DNA from: Batkoa obscura
Lineage: Eukaryota
DNA length: 64,000 bases
Assembly: GCA_030770535.1 (NCBI GenBank)
Contig: JASVEC010000001.1
Span: forward strand, 1,550,001-1,614,000
Direction of reading: 5' to 3'
In this document: in pieces, positions 39,857 through 52,519 of the stretch
Layout of the letters: each line of letters begins with the position of its first letter
Numbering within the stretch: position 1 is the first letter of the stretch
Translations under genes and position numbers: made by a program
The notes under the pieces: generated by a model
What the model saw: the letters and a program-made list of their open reading frames with translations, nothing else
Told to the model about the DNA's origin: nothing
Databases searched by the model: none

Positions 39857-42800
39857 TTTTTGTATAATACTTTTTCTTTTCGCCCTCAACTTATATTAAT
39901 TCATCACCTTATCTTTCTACCATCTATAAATTTAAAATCATTTTAACATTTAATAAATTGAGTTTTCTGTAATGAATTGTATATTGTTTTATGTTTTCCA
40001 TTTCCTACCTTCTACAAATTTCATTTTGCTAGTTAATTTTAATTTTAATTTTATAACATTTAAATGGAATTCTAAATCTTAAAAAAGGTCTAGGCTAAAA
40101 GATTGTATTAAGAAAAAGAATTAATCAAAATAGAAATAATGGAATTTAGGATAAATTCCAATATATAATCTTATATTATACAAAACAAGATAGAAACTGA
40201 AGAATAATCCCGTTATAATTTTAAAATGCTTTTTATAGCAGTTTTCCGCTAGGTGAATCTATAAATTTTTGGACCTGTCTTCTATTTAGGATTTAAGTGT
40301 GTGCTTCAGGCTCTTTAATAGCTCCTTTAATTAATTTACTATAAAATACTCACTATAAAAATTCAATTTCAAAGTTAAATGACATTATTAATGAATTGAA
40401 GCGATATTTAACCACTCTCCTTATAAGTAATCTTGAATTTAATAATTTTGAGCTTAGCCATATATTTTATTAATAAAAACTGCATTATAACAATCAGTTA
40501 AAAAAAATACGGGTTTTAAAGTTTACAGTAAATAAGCGATGCTTATATTTTATTAATAAAATATAAATAATCTTAGTTACTGGATATACAAAAAAACAAT
40601 GATTTCGTATTAAATCAGTACCTTCTGTTGCTGATTCTCTTTAATTCCACTTTATAATATTTTCTGCGTTTATCATCGTTTTTTTCAAATGAACCTTTGT
40701 TTTGGTGTTGTTTTATAAATATATCTTAATAGCTCCTTACTTCTTTCATAATATAAACACTGTCATATATTGTATGCTAATAAGCATTTTACTTATAGTG
40801 AATTTATGATAATTAGTATGATTAATAAGTTGCTGTCAGATTTCATCAGATAATATATTATTTAGTTTAACATTTTTATTTATTAATAAATTTGTAAGTG
40901 TCGAATCAACACATTCTAATCATTATATTTATAATATAGAACAATATATCTCTTTACTGTTTTGAAACAAGATGTAGTCTCTAATATGGTGAAATGAATT
41001 AAAATTTGTAGTTAGCTTACGAATAATTTTCAGCGAACTCTATTGATAAAAATGATCGAAAATATTTTAGATGTAAATTATTCAACATAAGACTAAATCG
41101 CCTTTTATTTTATTTATTTCCTAATACGTTATTCAAGTACCATAGTGAGGTAAAAATGGTAGTAAACAAAGGGTTAGGGATGAAATATTGAGGTTCTTTG
41201 TATATTCTTTGTTATTGAAACTAGAAGGAATTTCTTCATTATAAGATAAAGTCAGCTAATAACTATTTTAGTAAGGATCAAACACTACATCCTTGAAGCA
41301 TTCAAGTTGTTATGAAAGTCAGTGGCTATTGTAATTAAACTTTTTTATAAATAATGATATCAATACTTTCTAAACTCACTTACAGATATAAAATTCAACG
41401 TTCGATGATTATGTATAATTTGAGAATATGCTACTATTACACATCATTCTCGCTTTAATTAGAATCTAGAATAGTCTTTATTCGGATAAATTTATATTAA
41501 AAATATGAATAAATTCTTGTTAAATTAATTATTTTAATATTTCATTTTTAGGAATTACTTTGCTATATATTCTTTGATTTATAAAAATTATAAAATTTTA
41601 TGCTTCAAAAAATCGAAGTTACATGTATATCCGTTTGTTTACTAAAATGTATAACATCTGCTTTTATTTTTATATTTGTTGTAGGGAGAAGAATAAACAA
41701 ATCGAATGTTAAGAAAACCAGGTTAAAAATTAAAGTTCTAAAAAATTAAGATTTCGAAGAGTAATTGGTTATCAATGTATAGAGTTTTAATTATGTAGTT
41801 GGCTTGCACCTTAATTCTTTGAAAAATATTATTATTAACGTAATTCATTTTTCTTTGTGCTTAATGATAAATCAAATTAAAACTATCAAAAACTGTGATT
41901 TCGAAGCACAACAAATGTTCACTCTTGGTACTCATACTGTCATCTATTTTGCTTTATACAAAATACAAGTGAGCTATAATCTTTAGACAAAACTCTCTAT
42001 CTTAAAACTGTAAATTATTTTAAGTACATAAAGTTCTAATCCCACTTTTATTATGTTTTGATTCAAACCCTGGTTTCATAAAAAAACCTAAATAATATAA
42101 TTATATAGATTACTGTAAGTTTGTTTTCCCTACTGCTTTTAACATTTTAAAGAAAACAGTTTAAATACATAAAATCTTAAAAATCTGGTATTACTATTTT
42201 AATTTCATAAAGTAGCACTTCAACTTCAACTTCAAATAGCAAGTTCAAGTGTTAATGGTTTATAAGAAATAGGTTTTAAAGGTCAAAAATAACATTAATG
42301 TTGACGTTGTATCTATGAAGTAATACTAATCCCTATAAATGTATTTCATTGATATTTAGGCAGATTCAATTAAATAGTGAAGATGAATGAAATCATTATT
42401 AATCAGTGAGTTTTAAAAATAACTAAAGGGTAACAGGTAATTAAAATTTATAATAAAAACATACAACAGTTGATTCTAACTATAAAAAAGGAAAGATATT
42501 TTTTTAAATATTAAAGGAATTAATGTTCTGCTTTGGATTTGCCTAGACCATATCATTAGATACATAATAAACATAAAGTGCCAATTTCCTAATAAACATT
42601 CGAACCTTATTGAATCTAGAGTTTATATCGGGTAAATAATTTTCATCAAATAAAGAAATTAAAGTTATTATGGAAGCCAAATCATTGATGATAGATCATT
42701 TTGTTTATAGTCATTGTGGCGCTGAATATTCTTTTCTAAATATTGGACCCGTTAAGGCTAGTAGTCCTGTATTAAAAACTATTAAAACACTAAATTTAAA

Positions 42801-44546
42801 CATTAACACTGTAGACTTGATTGAAACTTTAATACCAGGATATTTCGTTCCTTTGTAGATTCTATTAAATTATACCTTTGTATAGAATGTGATGTTTTAA
42901 TAAACAAATAACAACACAAGGGTGACATAGGATTAAACTAAGGTTTTAGGTGATTCAATAACCATATAAGCTTACTTTGAAAATATAATAAATGTAATAT
43001 CATATCACATTTTTTGGATCTATATGAGTTTTTATTACATAATTTAAAATACTTCGAAGCATACGATTTAATCACCTCCGTCTATTTATAATGTTAAGGT
43101 TGATTGACTTACTTTTTAGGATCTTTTAACTCTATTTAAAGTCAACTATCTCTTGTCAAGACCTTAAATTCAATTAATTTATAACTTAATTTTAGCCTAA
43201 ACCCAATATATTAACAATAAAAGCTTACTGAATATTATAATTATAATTCAACTTAGAAAACAATGGATGTTATTTTTTGAGTGAAAACCTTAGATTTGAT
43301 TAAACCATAGCTATTTTTATAACGCTATTAAATTAAATATCAGTTTTGAAATCCATTTTACATAGCCAAGTCATTACATGGATTACTTTTTACTAATTTA
43401 AGCATATTCTACCAACCATAACGATACCTATGCATAATAGAATTAATAGATTCTATTGTAACTTTATTATTGTTGAAATTTACATAAATAAAGCTATAAA
43501 AAGTGATAAAGGTTGAACCTTGGTGTTTGTTATAATATAATCATTATATATTTTTAACACCACAACATATAAATATGTATAGTAAATGCCCTTTCAAGAA
43601 TAAAGCTGAAGCATCTATTGTATGAGACTAATTTCAAAGTAGTTTTTTTAAGTTTCTAATCAATTTGATTACTTTACTCTTTAATTCACGAGCCTTGGTA
43701 GCGATGCTAATGTTTCAAAAATCACTTGGTGCCAGGATATTTTCTTTATGTCAGATCTTTCGTTTTTTGTTCAAACTCTTAACTTCCTTTACAAGTTGTC
43801 TATATTATTTGGATAAATCATTAGTAATATTGTAAACGCCTTTAGTTCCCAATCCAGGCTTTTCACACTTTAAATCATCGTTCTAAATGCAAAGCATTTT
43901 TAACTAGAGTCTTTTTCCTTTCCCCTCTCTAAATAGACTAGCTTAAAAAGAGGAAAAGCATCTTATGGAAGTTCTCTCTGGTTCATTCGCTTCTATTACC
44001 GCTAACAATCTGACCTTTTAGTATTATTTTAAATTTGGTATTTTAATTCAAAAACAATACCATTAGCAAGTATTCTCTATAAATAAACTCTTTAAACTAA
44101 GATACTAAAGGAAAGTTCTACATTTCAAACTGGTTTTTTTACTCTCTCTAAATACATAGGCGTCATGCGTTTTATTTAAAATAAAGAAAGATTGAACACT
44201 CTTGAGACTGGTGTAAGAAACATTGGTTATTAATAGGTTACTTATGGAAGAGTATAAATTGTATCCAAAGTGTTTATACTTTTGAAAGAAGCTTAGAGTC
44301 ATAGTAAAGTCTATATTACTTTTACTTTCTAAAAAGTTACCTGTTAGCTTTAAATAAAAGAGTTTGAAAACACAAGTGAGAAAAAAAGCTGGGTAGTCAA
44401 ATTGAAGAGTCATAAAACTTTTATATAAAATTCAAAATTTTTTATATGATATCAAAGCTTGGGAAAGTGTGTCAAGTATTTTGAAAATTAGAGCATTTTT
44501 ACAACAATTAAAAAAATGTAGTAGTTATATAAAAAAGATTAAATTT

Positions 44547-44610
44547 GGGGATGTATTTTTGTGTTTAAGGATTTTGCAAACAATCTTTCCACTGAAATAG
44601 GGCTTAAAAA
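44547..44610 (-). mobile_element. Truncated MITE
   Basis: GGGGATGTATTTTT end present, other end missing. Confidence 0.75.
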
Positions 44611-44629
44611 GTAAAGTTTTTTTAAATTT

Positions 44630-45048
44630 TGTGAAAGTTGATACTCAGTGGTCGGAGTTAAAAGCTACTCTTGCTTAATTAACCTGCCTTGAGTCGAACG
44701 GTCTTAGTTTATATAACTAAGATAGACTTAATACTATAAAATCTATGTAAGATGTCGTCAGAAAGACTTAGTGACTTTATTAATGATACGTTATCAGGGA
44801 GTAGTTCAATTAAAAAAGCCTCGAGTTAGTATGTTGAAGAATCTCTTTTATACTCCAACTGGGTGGCTATATAAGAAACATTATAACAGTTATTCCTTAT
44901 TATAGTTGGCAAGTATGGACATTAAAATGTGGACAATAAATTCTTCATAGTTAGGTGGTAGCAATTCTCACAACAAATCTATACAAGGAACTCTGAATTG
45001 ATTATCATATTATAATCAATCCTAGAGCTAATGAACCGATATTTCACA
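44630..45048 (+). mobile_element. Solo LTR-like element, copy 8
   Basis: TSD ATTT; internal deletion shared with copy 11. Confidence 0.9.
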
Positions 45049-45292
45049 ATTTAAAGAATAATTTTATAAACTAGAAATAAAAAAATTAAGCTAAAATATT
45101 AATATATTTTTCTTAATTTACAGCTTTATTAGTTATTAAAATTAGCTTAAAGTTATTAACCCAAAAACAGTTTTAAATTATTGTTTTATTTTATAAATTA
45201 TATCTTTTTTATGAAAATATTTTCAAAACATTAACTATTTTACTATTTTTATTATAATTGATAATAATAAAATAAAATTTATTTAATTATAT

Positions 45293-45390
45293 GGGGATGT
45301 ATTTTTGTGTTTAAGAATTTTGCAAACAATTTTTCCGCTCAAATAGCGCTTAAAAAATGGAAAAAATAATGAAACCAAAAAAAATACCCT
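45293..45390 (-). mobile_element. ~100-bp MITE
   Basis: Family match; shares TTTGCAAACAAT variant with the copy at 44547. Confidence 0.85.
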
Positions 45391-47902
45391 ATATAATGTT
45401 TTGCTCTTATCTTATTTATTTATCTGATATAATCCTAAGCTTAATATAATTTTATATATATAGCTTATTTAAATAAAGCTTATAAACTGCTTTATATAAT
45501 TTAAAACTTATTAATATTGAATTATTTATTAAAATATTTTTATAAACATAAATATTTATATTATAAAATTAAAAATTTAATTAAAAATTTAATTAAAAAT
45601 AATAATAATTTCCTTTTTACCAGCTTCATGATTTTTTTAAATGCTTTGATATGTGGTAAAAGCAAAAAATTACTTATAATATTAATTTTAATAACAATAC
45701 TTTATATTATCAAGTATGGTATATTAATAGCTTTTATTATATTATTTAAAAAACATATTAATACTTTTTAATAATGCAATTTACATAAAGGTTATAAGTT
45801 AAAGTTTGATAATCTGAGCTTACAATGTTGATCAATTATTAAAAATAGAAAAAACATTTTTTTTTTTACAGGGGTATAAAAATTAATTTGGTATAGTTAC
45901 ATATGTCTGGGATTTGTAATTTTAAAATTAATATAATGCAGGTTTGTCAAAAATTATATGCACAAAAATTTAATAAAATTGAAAAATATTACTAATTTGT
46001 AATGATTTAATATAGCTCAAGTAGCTTTATATGGTTTATTGATTTTTGCTTTATTTTTCTAAGTTGACTGCTTTGATTTGTATTTTTCTTCGACTTTTAT
46101 ATAACATACAAATTAATTGTTTGATCCTTTTAATCATTTGATCCTGGATTTTGAACATCCTTGCATGAAGTTAAATAAAATAACAGTAAGAATATTTAGT
46201 AAAAAATCTTTACTACCAAAAAATAAAGCTATAGAGCATAGCTATTTAACGTATATAATATAATATAATATAATATTGTATAGTGTTTTGATTTTAACTC
46301 TAATTTTTATAATGTGCTTAATTTCTGAAATATTCATTTTTAAATAACTTCAATTCTACAAAATCTTGCCGTTTTTGACCAATTATGGCTGAATTTCAAA
46401 ACGGTTCTAACAGCGACTAACAGCGAGTATTTAAACTATAAATATAGTTTTTCTAAAATCAATAATACTTTTTTATTTTTTGTTTATGTTTAAACATTAA
46501 CATTATGCCAATTTACCAGCTTAATTTTATTAAAATTTTCGGTTTTCAGTAAAACTCATTAAATTTAACAGTACGGATCAAACAAATATTGACATCAAAC
46601 GACTAATTTGTACGTTATTATATTAGTACATGATTTTAAAATAAACTTGGACTACTTTTGTGTCAAGGAAACAAAAATAACAACTCAACTTTTATTTAAA
46701 TAATTTGCTATTTTTTCAATGATGTAATAATATTAAATAATGTAAAGCTGCTCAGATTGATATATAAAGTATACCATAATAATTATATTAGTTAAGTAGA
46801 GTTGCAAATCAAATAACTTTTAGAATATGATTTGTTATTTTGAAGAAAAGTACAAGATGTGTTATGTTTTTTATAGTTTATTTAAAATAACCATACTCAT
46901 CGAAAATGTACTTATAAACTATAGTTAAAATATCTTCATAAAAGAAATTAAAAAATATTTGAAAGGGAAAATCAATATTTTGATTGTCGCTCTTGTTACA
47001 TTATGCTTGCTTCAAAAGGTATTTTTATAAAAATGAATTTGAATTACAATAAAGCAAAAGCTAATATTGTGGATACCATCATTTTAAGAAAAATTTACAT
47101 TCGAGCTTAAATAAAGTTTGATTTTTATGTATAACAGAATTGAAAGCTCTTTAGTATATTAGTGTAATGGGAAATATATTATTGCAATTGCTATACTTTG
47201 AGTTAAGAAAAATTATGTAAGTTATAACAGATAATCTTTAAAATAAATTAAATGGTAACGTTGAATTTAATAAAGAATTAATTTAATAGCTTAGTACAAA
47301 ACGTTAAATGAAATAGTGCTTAAAGTACAAAAGTTAAAACAACAATATCATGTGATTAAATAAAAATAAAAATAAATTTTCTTAAAAGATAAGTTTCATC
47401 TGAATTTGAATGTAAAGTCCTCTCCTCTATCCTTACAACCGTTTCAAAACTTAAGTGATGATTTTAGTTTTGTTCTATGGCGGAGTAAATCCATTAATAG
47501 TCAATTTTAATATCTGAGTTTGAAATTATAATCCCGTTTGTTCTATTTTCACTTACAAGCTATGTTTAAAACTTAATAATGTATCTTTAACTTTAATGTT
47601 TTGAAATGGTCCAAGTTTTATAAAAATAAATATATCGATCTTTAATCAGAACTATTTAAATGATTTATTTATCTATTTTTGATTCAAATAATTATTTAAG
47701 AGATCAAATTAAATTTCATTAAAAGTAGTAATTTTTATCCAATTTCTTTAATATTATGTTATAAATTTTCAAACAATCATAAAAGTAAAAATCATGAAAT
47801 AAGTTTAATAACGGAAATCAATTTATTTGGTTCTAAGGAATAACAAATGATATTTACACACAATAAGTTACATCATTTGTAAGATGATAACAATAGACTC
47901 GA

Positions 47903-48598
47903 TTATATTCTATACTTGTAATTTCTTTGACTAATAGAGTCAATTGGGGAATTTAAAACATCACTTTTATTATAAAATGATGATGTAGGGGAAGCAATAG
48001 ATAGTGCAGAAGATGTTGAACATTGAGTTAAAGCGGAGCCTTTTAATATTTTCTCAATTCCTGGACTAACTCTTTCATGTACTTTGTTTGTTTTTCTAAA
48101 TGCTGATCTTTTATTTTGGAACCAGATCTGGACTGAACGTTCAGTCATGTTTAACTCGTCAGCAAGTCTCATACGTGTTGATGTGGTAGGGAAAAAATTG
48201 GATTTGAATACGTCTTCTAAAAGTTGTCTTTGTTCTGGGGCTGCTTTCTTTCTTCTAGGAATTGTAGTATTAATGCTTTTAGACTTAGCTCTTCTAGGCG
48301 ACTTAACCAGGTAACCTATAATCGAGTTCTTAGTGTATGAGGTAGAGGTGTTATCACCGTAATTTTCATCAAGGCCGTCTGTATTTAATAGACCTAATTC
48401 ACCAATAGAAGGAAGTGAGACACTAGTAGAAAAGGCCCTATGGTTGTGGCTTGGAGGAGCATAATTGCTCAAAGGAATATAACTATTTTCAAAAGTGTTG
48501 ATATCAGATAAACTATTGCTATTTAAAGAGGGAAGATCATGACTGAAGTTTGGCATGTAAAGGGTTTGGGTATCAGTGATAGAATAACTTTGATACAT
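47903..48598 (-). CDS. Homeodomain transcription factor HD-F (231 aa, intronless)
   Basis: PRRKKAAPEQRQLLEDVF..FPTTSTRMRLADELNMTERSVQIWFQNKRSA; LPSIGEL motif. Confidence 0.95.
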   Translation of the reverse strand: MYQSYSITDTQTLYMPNFSHDLPSLNSNSLSDINTFENSYIPLSNYAPPSHNHRAFSTSVSLPSIGELGLLNTDGLDENYGDNTSTSYTKNSIIGYLVKSPRRAKSKSINTTIPRRKKAAPEQRQLLEDVFKSNFFPTTSTRMRLADELNMTERSVQIWFQNKRSAFRKTNKVHERVSPGIEKILKGSALTQCSTSSALSIASPTSSFYNKSDVLNSPIDSISQRNYKYRI

Positions 48599-48660
48599 TC
48601 TAAAATTTTAAGATTTAGAAATGAAAAATAAGAATAAGAAATTAAATCTAATCATTAAGG

Positions 48661-48671
48661 CTTTATATACC
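48661..48671 (-). promoter_or_regulatory. TATA box of HD-F
   Basis: GGTATATAAAG about 60 bp upstream of ATG. Confidence 0.5.
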
Positions 48672-49814
48672 CTAATTTTCACTAATTTAAAATCAAAGCA
48701 TTAAGTTCAATATATCAAACCATATAAAAAAGGAATACTATTTCAATTTTCAATTAATGCAAGGTTTATTCGCTAAAACTGGTTACAAAGTTTTATATAA
48801 AAAATAAAGCAAATTAAACGTTATGAAACTTCGTTTTAATAAAAATTAGCTGAGTCTAAAATAGTTTATGCTTCTGTGACTAATCATTCAATTTTATAGT
48901 TAAAACTATTTTTAATTAAAAGTCCAGAATAAGTTACTACTAACTTATTTTAAACGTGGATTGAGTATTTTTTATATTTTCTGAATTTAACCTCAGGATT
49001 TTCTATTTTTGTATTAGCAAAAGCAAAATAGAAATGCCCAATCTACCTTTAAAGTATCAGAAATATCAATTAAAATATAATTAAGGCAAAAACTACAAAA
49101 AATAATTCCTAGTCCCAGGATTTGATAAAATTAATACCAATATTATATTTGTAATTGCCAAAGATTAGAATATAGAAAAATGTACAAAAATAGTAATCTC
49201 ATAAAAACCATGTGGAGCTTTATTTCAAATAACAAAGTAGAACACAAGGTAGCTGTAATCTTTGCGGTTACCAAATATACATTATTAATATAGCTATTAA
49301 AAATAAACATACATAACAAAACATCTGGTAGACCTGAATATACATTAAGTGTATAGCTTTAAGTAGAATCTTATTATTTAATAAGTATATATTTAACTTA
49401 TTAAAGCTATTGAGTTTTATTTCAGGTAACTTTAAGGGAGATAATTTAATATATTAAATATAAATTGCTAAACTCAATAATAATTCATATTTTATTAAGA
49501 ATAGATTTTATAATTCTTATGGCAATTTGAAATTATTAATTTTCTATATCAAACAAATTTAAAAAATGTCACAGTAGATTTTGTGTAAGGCTACTTCATT
49601 AGTAATAAAGCAAAATTAATATAAACTGTAACTATTGCTATCTTATCGATTCTGTATTAAATATCGTGCATGCTTTTAATAAAAAACTAATTTATAGATG
49701 AGAACAAAACCATCAAGTTTTACTTAATCTTGAATTATCATAAAATAAAATAACTTTAATATTATAATTACATTATTAATATATTACTGAGTTAATAGAT
49801 AGCTGAGTGGGAGG

Positions 49815-50273
49815 TGTGAAGTATTGCTTCATCAGCTCCATAATTGATTATCACATAATAATCACTTAGCTTGTTTACAAAACTAGTTATAGCCTTGTAT
49901 TCAATTTGACCGTGATTCATGTGGTACAATCAACTCAGAGTTCCTTGCTTTGATTTGCTGTGAGAATTTCTAACTTAACATTGCAAAGAATATAAAAGAG
50001 ATTCTTCAACATGATAGCTCGAGGCTTTTTAACTGAATTATTCCCTGATATCGTACTATTAATAAAGCCACTAAGTCTTTCTGACAACGTCTTACGTAGA
50101 TTTTACAGTAGTATTGTCTATTCTATTTGTTTTACATAGTTCGTAACTTATTACGTATTATTCTTATTCATTTAAGTCTATCTTAGTTATATAAACTAAG
50201 ACCGTTCGACTCAAGGCAAGTTAATCAAGCAAGAACTGCTTTTAACTCCTACCACTGATTACCAACTTTCACA
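49815..50273 (-). mobile_element. LTR-like element, copy 9
   Basis: Family match; no TSD; purine-rich tracts abut both ends. Confidence 0.85.
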
Positions 50274-50720
50274 CTTCCACTCTTTAACTTTCTTCCACTT
50301 TAAATACATTAACTTCTATAACTTTTACATAGAACAAAAGCACGAAAGTTAAAGACATTTAGTTGTTTAACAGTGAGGCTATCATATAATTTAAATTTGT
50401 ATTTAACATTTAACATTTAACATTTTGGCTGATATAAGCAAAAAGCTGTATATTAATAGAAAATTTATCTTTTACCTTTAAATAATTTTTTTTTAAAGCT
50501 TTAAAACAAATTAGAATTCAGATATACTATTTTTTAAAGTTTAGTTTAAAAGTCTTACTATTAAAAGCTAACTTTCTACTTGTAGATCGTGGTTTTTTAT
50601 AGAAAACATATAAAGAACACATTAATTAAGTAAAAAATTATAAAATTATTATAAAAAATAAAAATAAATTGCTAGATTAAATCAATTAGAACGTTTTAGT
50701 TTTTTGATGATAAATTAAAT

Positions 50721-50888
50721 TTGAATAGTATAAAAAAATTTATTAGATAATATAATAATTTTAAGCTTTAGGCTATTTATTAATATTTATTTAATATAGC
50801 TAAAGAACAATTTTATAAGTGGCTTGATAAATAGCCTAAAGCCTGGAAATTATTCATTTTTAATAATATCATTTTTGGTACTATTTAG
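50721..50888. repeat. Degenerate inverted repeat with ~70-bp arms
   Basis: GCTTTAGGCTATTTAT / ATAAATAGCCTAAAGC core with extending partial match. Confidence 0.6.
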
Positions 50889-51527
50889 GTTATAAATAAT
50901 AATATAAAATATTTAAAGAATTTTGGCATTACTATGTGAATTCATAAATAGTCAAAAAATAAATAAATGATAATGGCAAGGTTATTGGTTACAACGGTAA
51001 TTTTAATTATTCAGTTTCTTATACAAAATATTTATTGATTAAAATTTATTTTATTTAAGGATGTAGTATTTCTAATAATACTTTTTTTTATTGCGAATAT
51101 ATACTCCTGGCAGTTTTTAAAAAATGTTGCAGCTATTTACAAAGTCCTTAATCCAAATTTTGACCAATAAAAGGTGGATTGATCAAAATATCTTTTATCC
51201 TAAAAAAACAAAAAGTGGAAAAAGCTTATCTCTCATCAACTTTGGCTTCATTGAATTGTTTTACTCTAGCTTTCTTATAATATTTAATTAAATAAAACGC
51301 TACCCTTTTCAGCTAAGGACCAAAGATAATTATAATAAAAAATCGATACCTCAATAAGTTTAACCCGTTGCTTTTTGAAATCAAAACCATTCAAGGGGAA
51401 ATGTAATGAACCATAAATTTGTTAGAGGTTGATATAAAACAATGATTTTTTCTTGAAAGATCTTATTGCATATATAATAACATATATATAAAGATAATCT
51501 GGAAAATTTCAAATAGAAAATTTATAT

Positions 51528-52220
51528 ATGGATTCCACTACTTTAAATAAGGCTTATGATTCATCTAATTACTTTGAAATATATCGCTTAATAGTTGCTT
51601 TTTTATTTATTGTAATTGGATTATTTATCTTGATAATGGTAAGACGAAGAGATATCACAAAATTTATCTATTTCATTAGTACATTTTTATTACTTTATTA
51701 TGCTATAAATCAACTATACTCCATGATAGTATATCTGGCTGATTTTGAGATATCCTCAAGCACTGATAATTATCTTTTGATTCCATTCTCAATTATTCCC
51801 TTACTTTTTGCATTACTTGCACTGCATAAGCAAAGCTTTGGCTATCATTCAACAGCTGGATTAGCTGGATCCTTAATTTGGAGTTTGTTTTCGGTATTTT
51901 TAACAGCAAATGCAAAATACTTCAAATTTATTATAAGCTTTCCATTTATTATCATGGGACTTATTTATTTCACTTACCATAATAGTAAAAGTGTTTTTAA
52001 TATATTAAGTTATTGGATTGGAACTTGTTTGTTAATTCAAGGCATTCAAGATGTTTTACTTATTTCTATTTTCCTAGCTGGTAAATTGGACATTTTAGAT
52101 ATTGTCACTTTGGTATGTCACATTTCAACTATTTTTATAAAAATTAGTCTGTTTGCTTATATTGATATAAAGATAAAGCTAATGGAACTTACAAGTAAAA
52201 ACAATCAGGCCATTAATTAG
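51528..52220 (+). CDS. Multi-pass (about 7 TM) membrane protein, DUF4203/TMEM198-like
   Basis: About seven hydrophobic segments; family-like patterns IVIGLFIL, G..STAGLAGSLI, LSYWIGTCLLIQGIQ (family assignment by eye). Confidence 0.65.
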   Translation: MDSTTLNKAYDSSNYFEIYRLIVAFLFIVIGLFILIMVRRRDITKFIYFISTFLLLYYAINQLYSMIVYLADFEISSSTDNYLLIPFSIIPLLFALLALHKQSFGYHSTAGLAGSLIWSLFSVFLTANAKYFKFIISFPFIIMGLIYFTYHNSKSVFNILSYWIGTCLLIQGIQDVLLISIFLAGKLDILDIVTLVCHISTIFIKISLFAYIDIKIKLMELTSKNNQAIN

Positions 52221-52423
52221 TTCAACATCTTTTTATCCGAACTTATTTGATATTATTAACAAATAGGCTCCCATAAGGCTAAAAGGTTTTATCTCTATCT
52301 CTTTATTTAACTAATTTTTAACTCAAATCATCAATAAATCATTTAGATGTATAAATTTTATTTAGTTTTTACTATTTGGCTGTAAACACATTTAATTATT
52401 GTTTGTTTTCTAATTGAACATAT

Positions 52424-52519
52424 GGGGGTGTTTTTTGGTTTCATTATTTTTTCCATTTTTAAGCGCTATTTAAGTGGAAAAGCTATTAATAAAATTATTA
52501 AACAAAAAAATACATACCC
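52424..52519 (+). mobile_element. ~100-bp MITE
   Basis: Family match, TSD ATAT. Confidence 0.85.

Noticed and set aside
36590..45771. Short ORFs at 36590, 37240, 41804, 42670, 45517 (and 7481)
   Set aside because: 60-84 aa, I/K/F/N/Y-biased as expected from AT-rich non-coding DNA, no motifs
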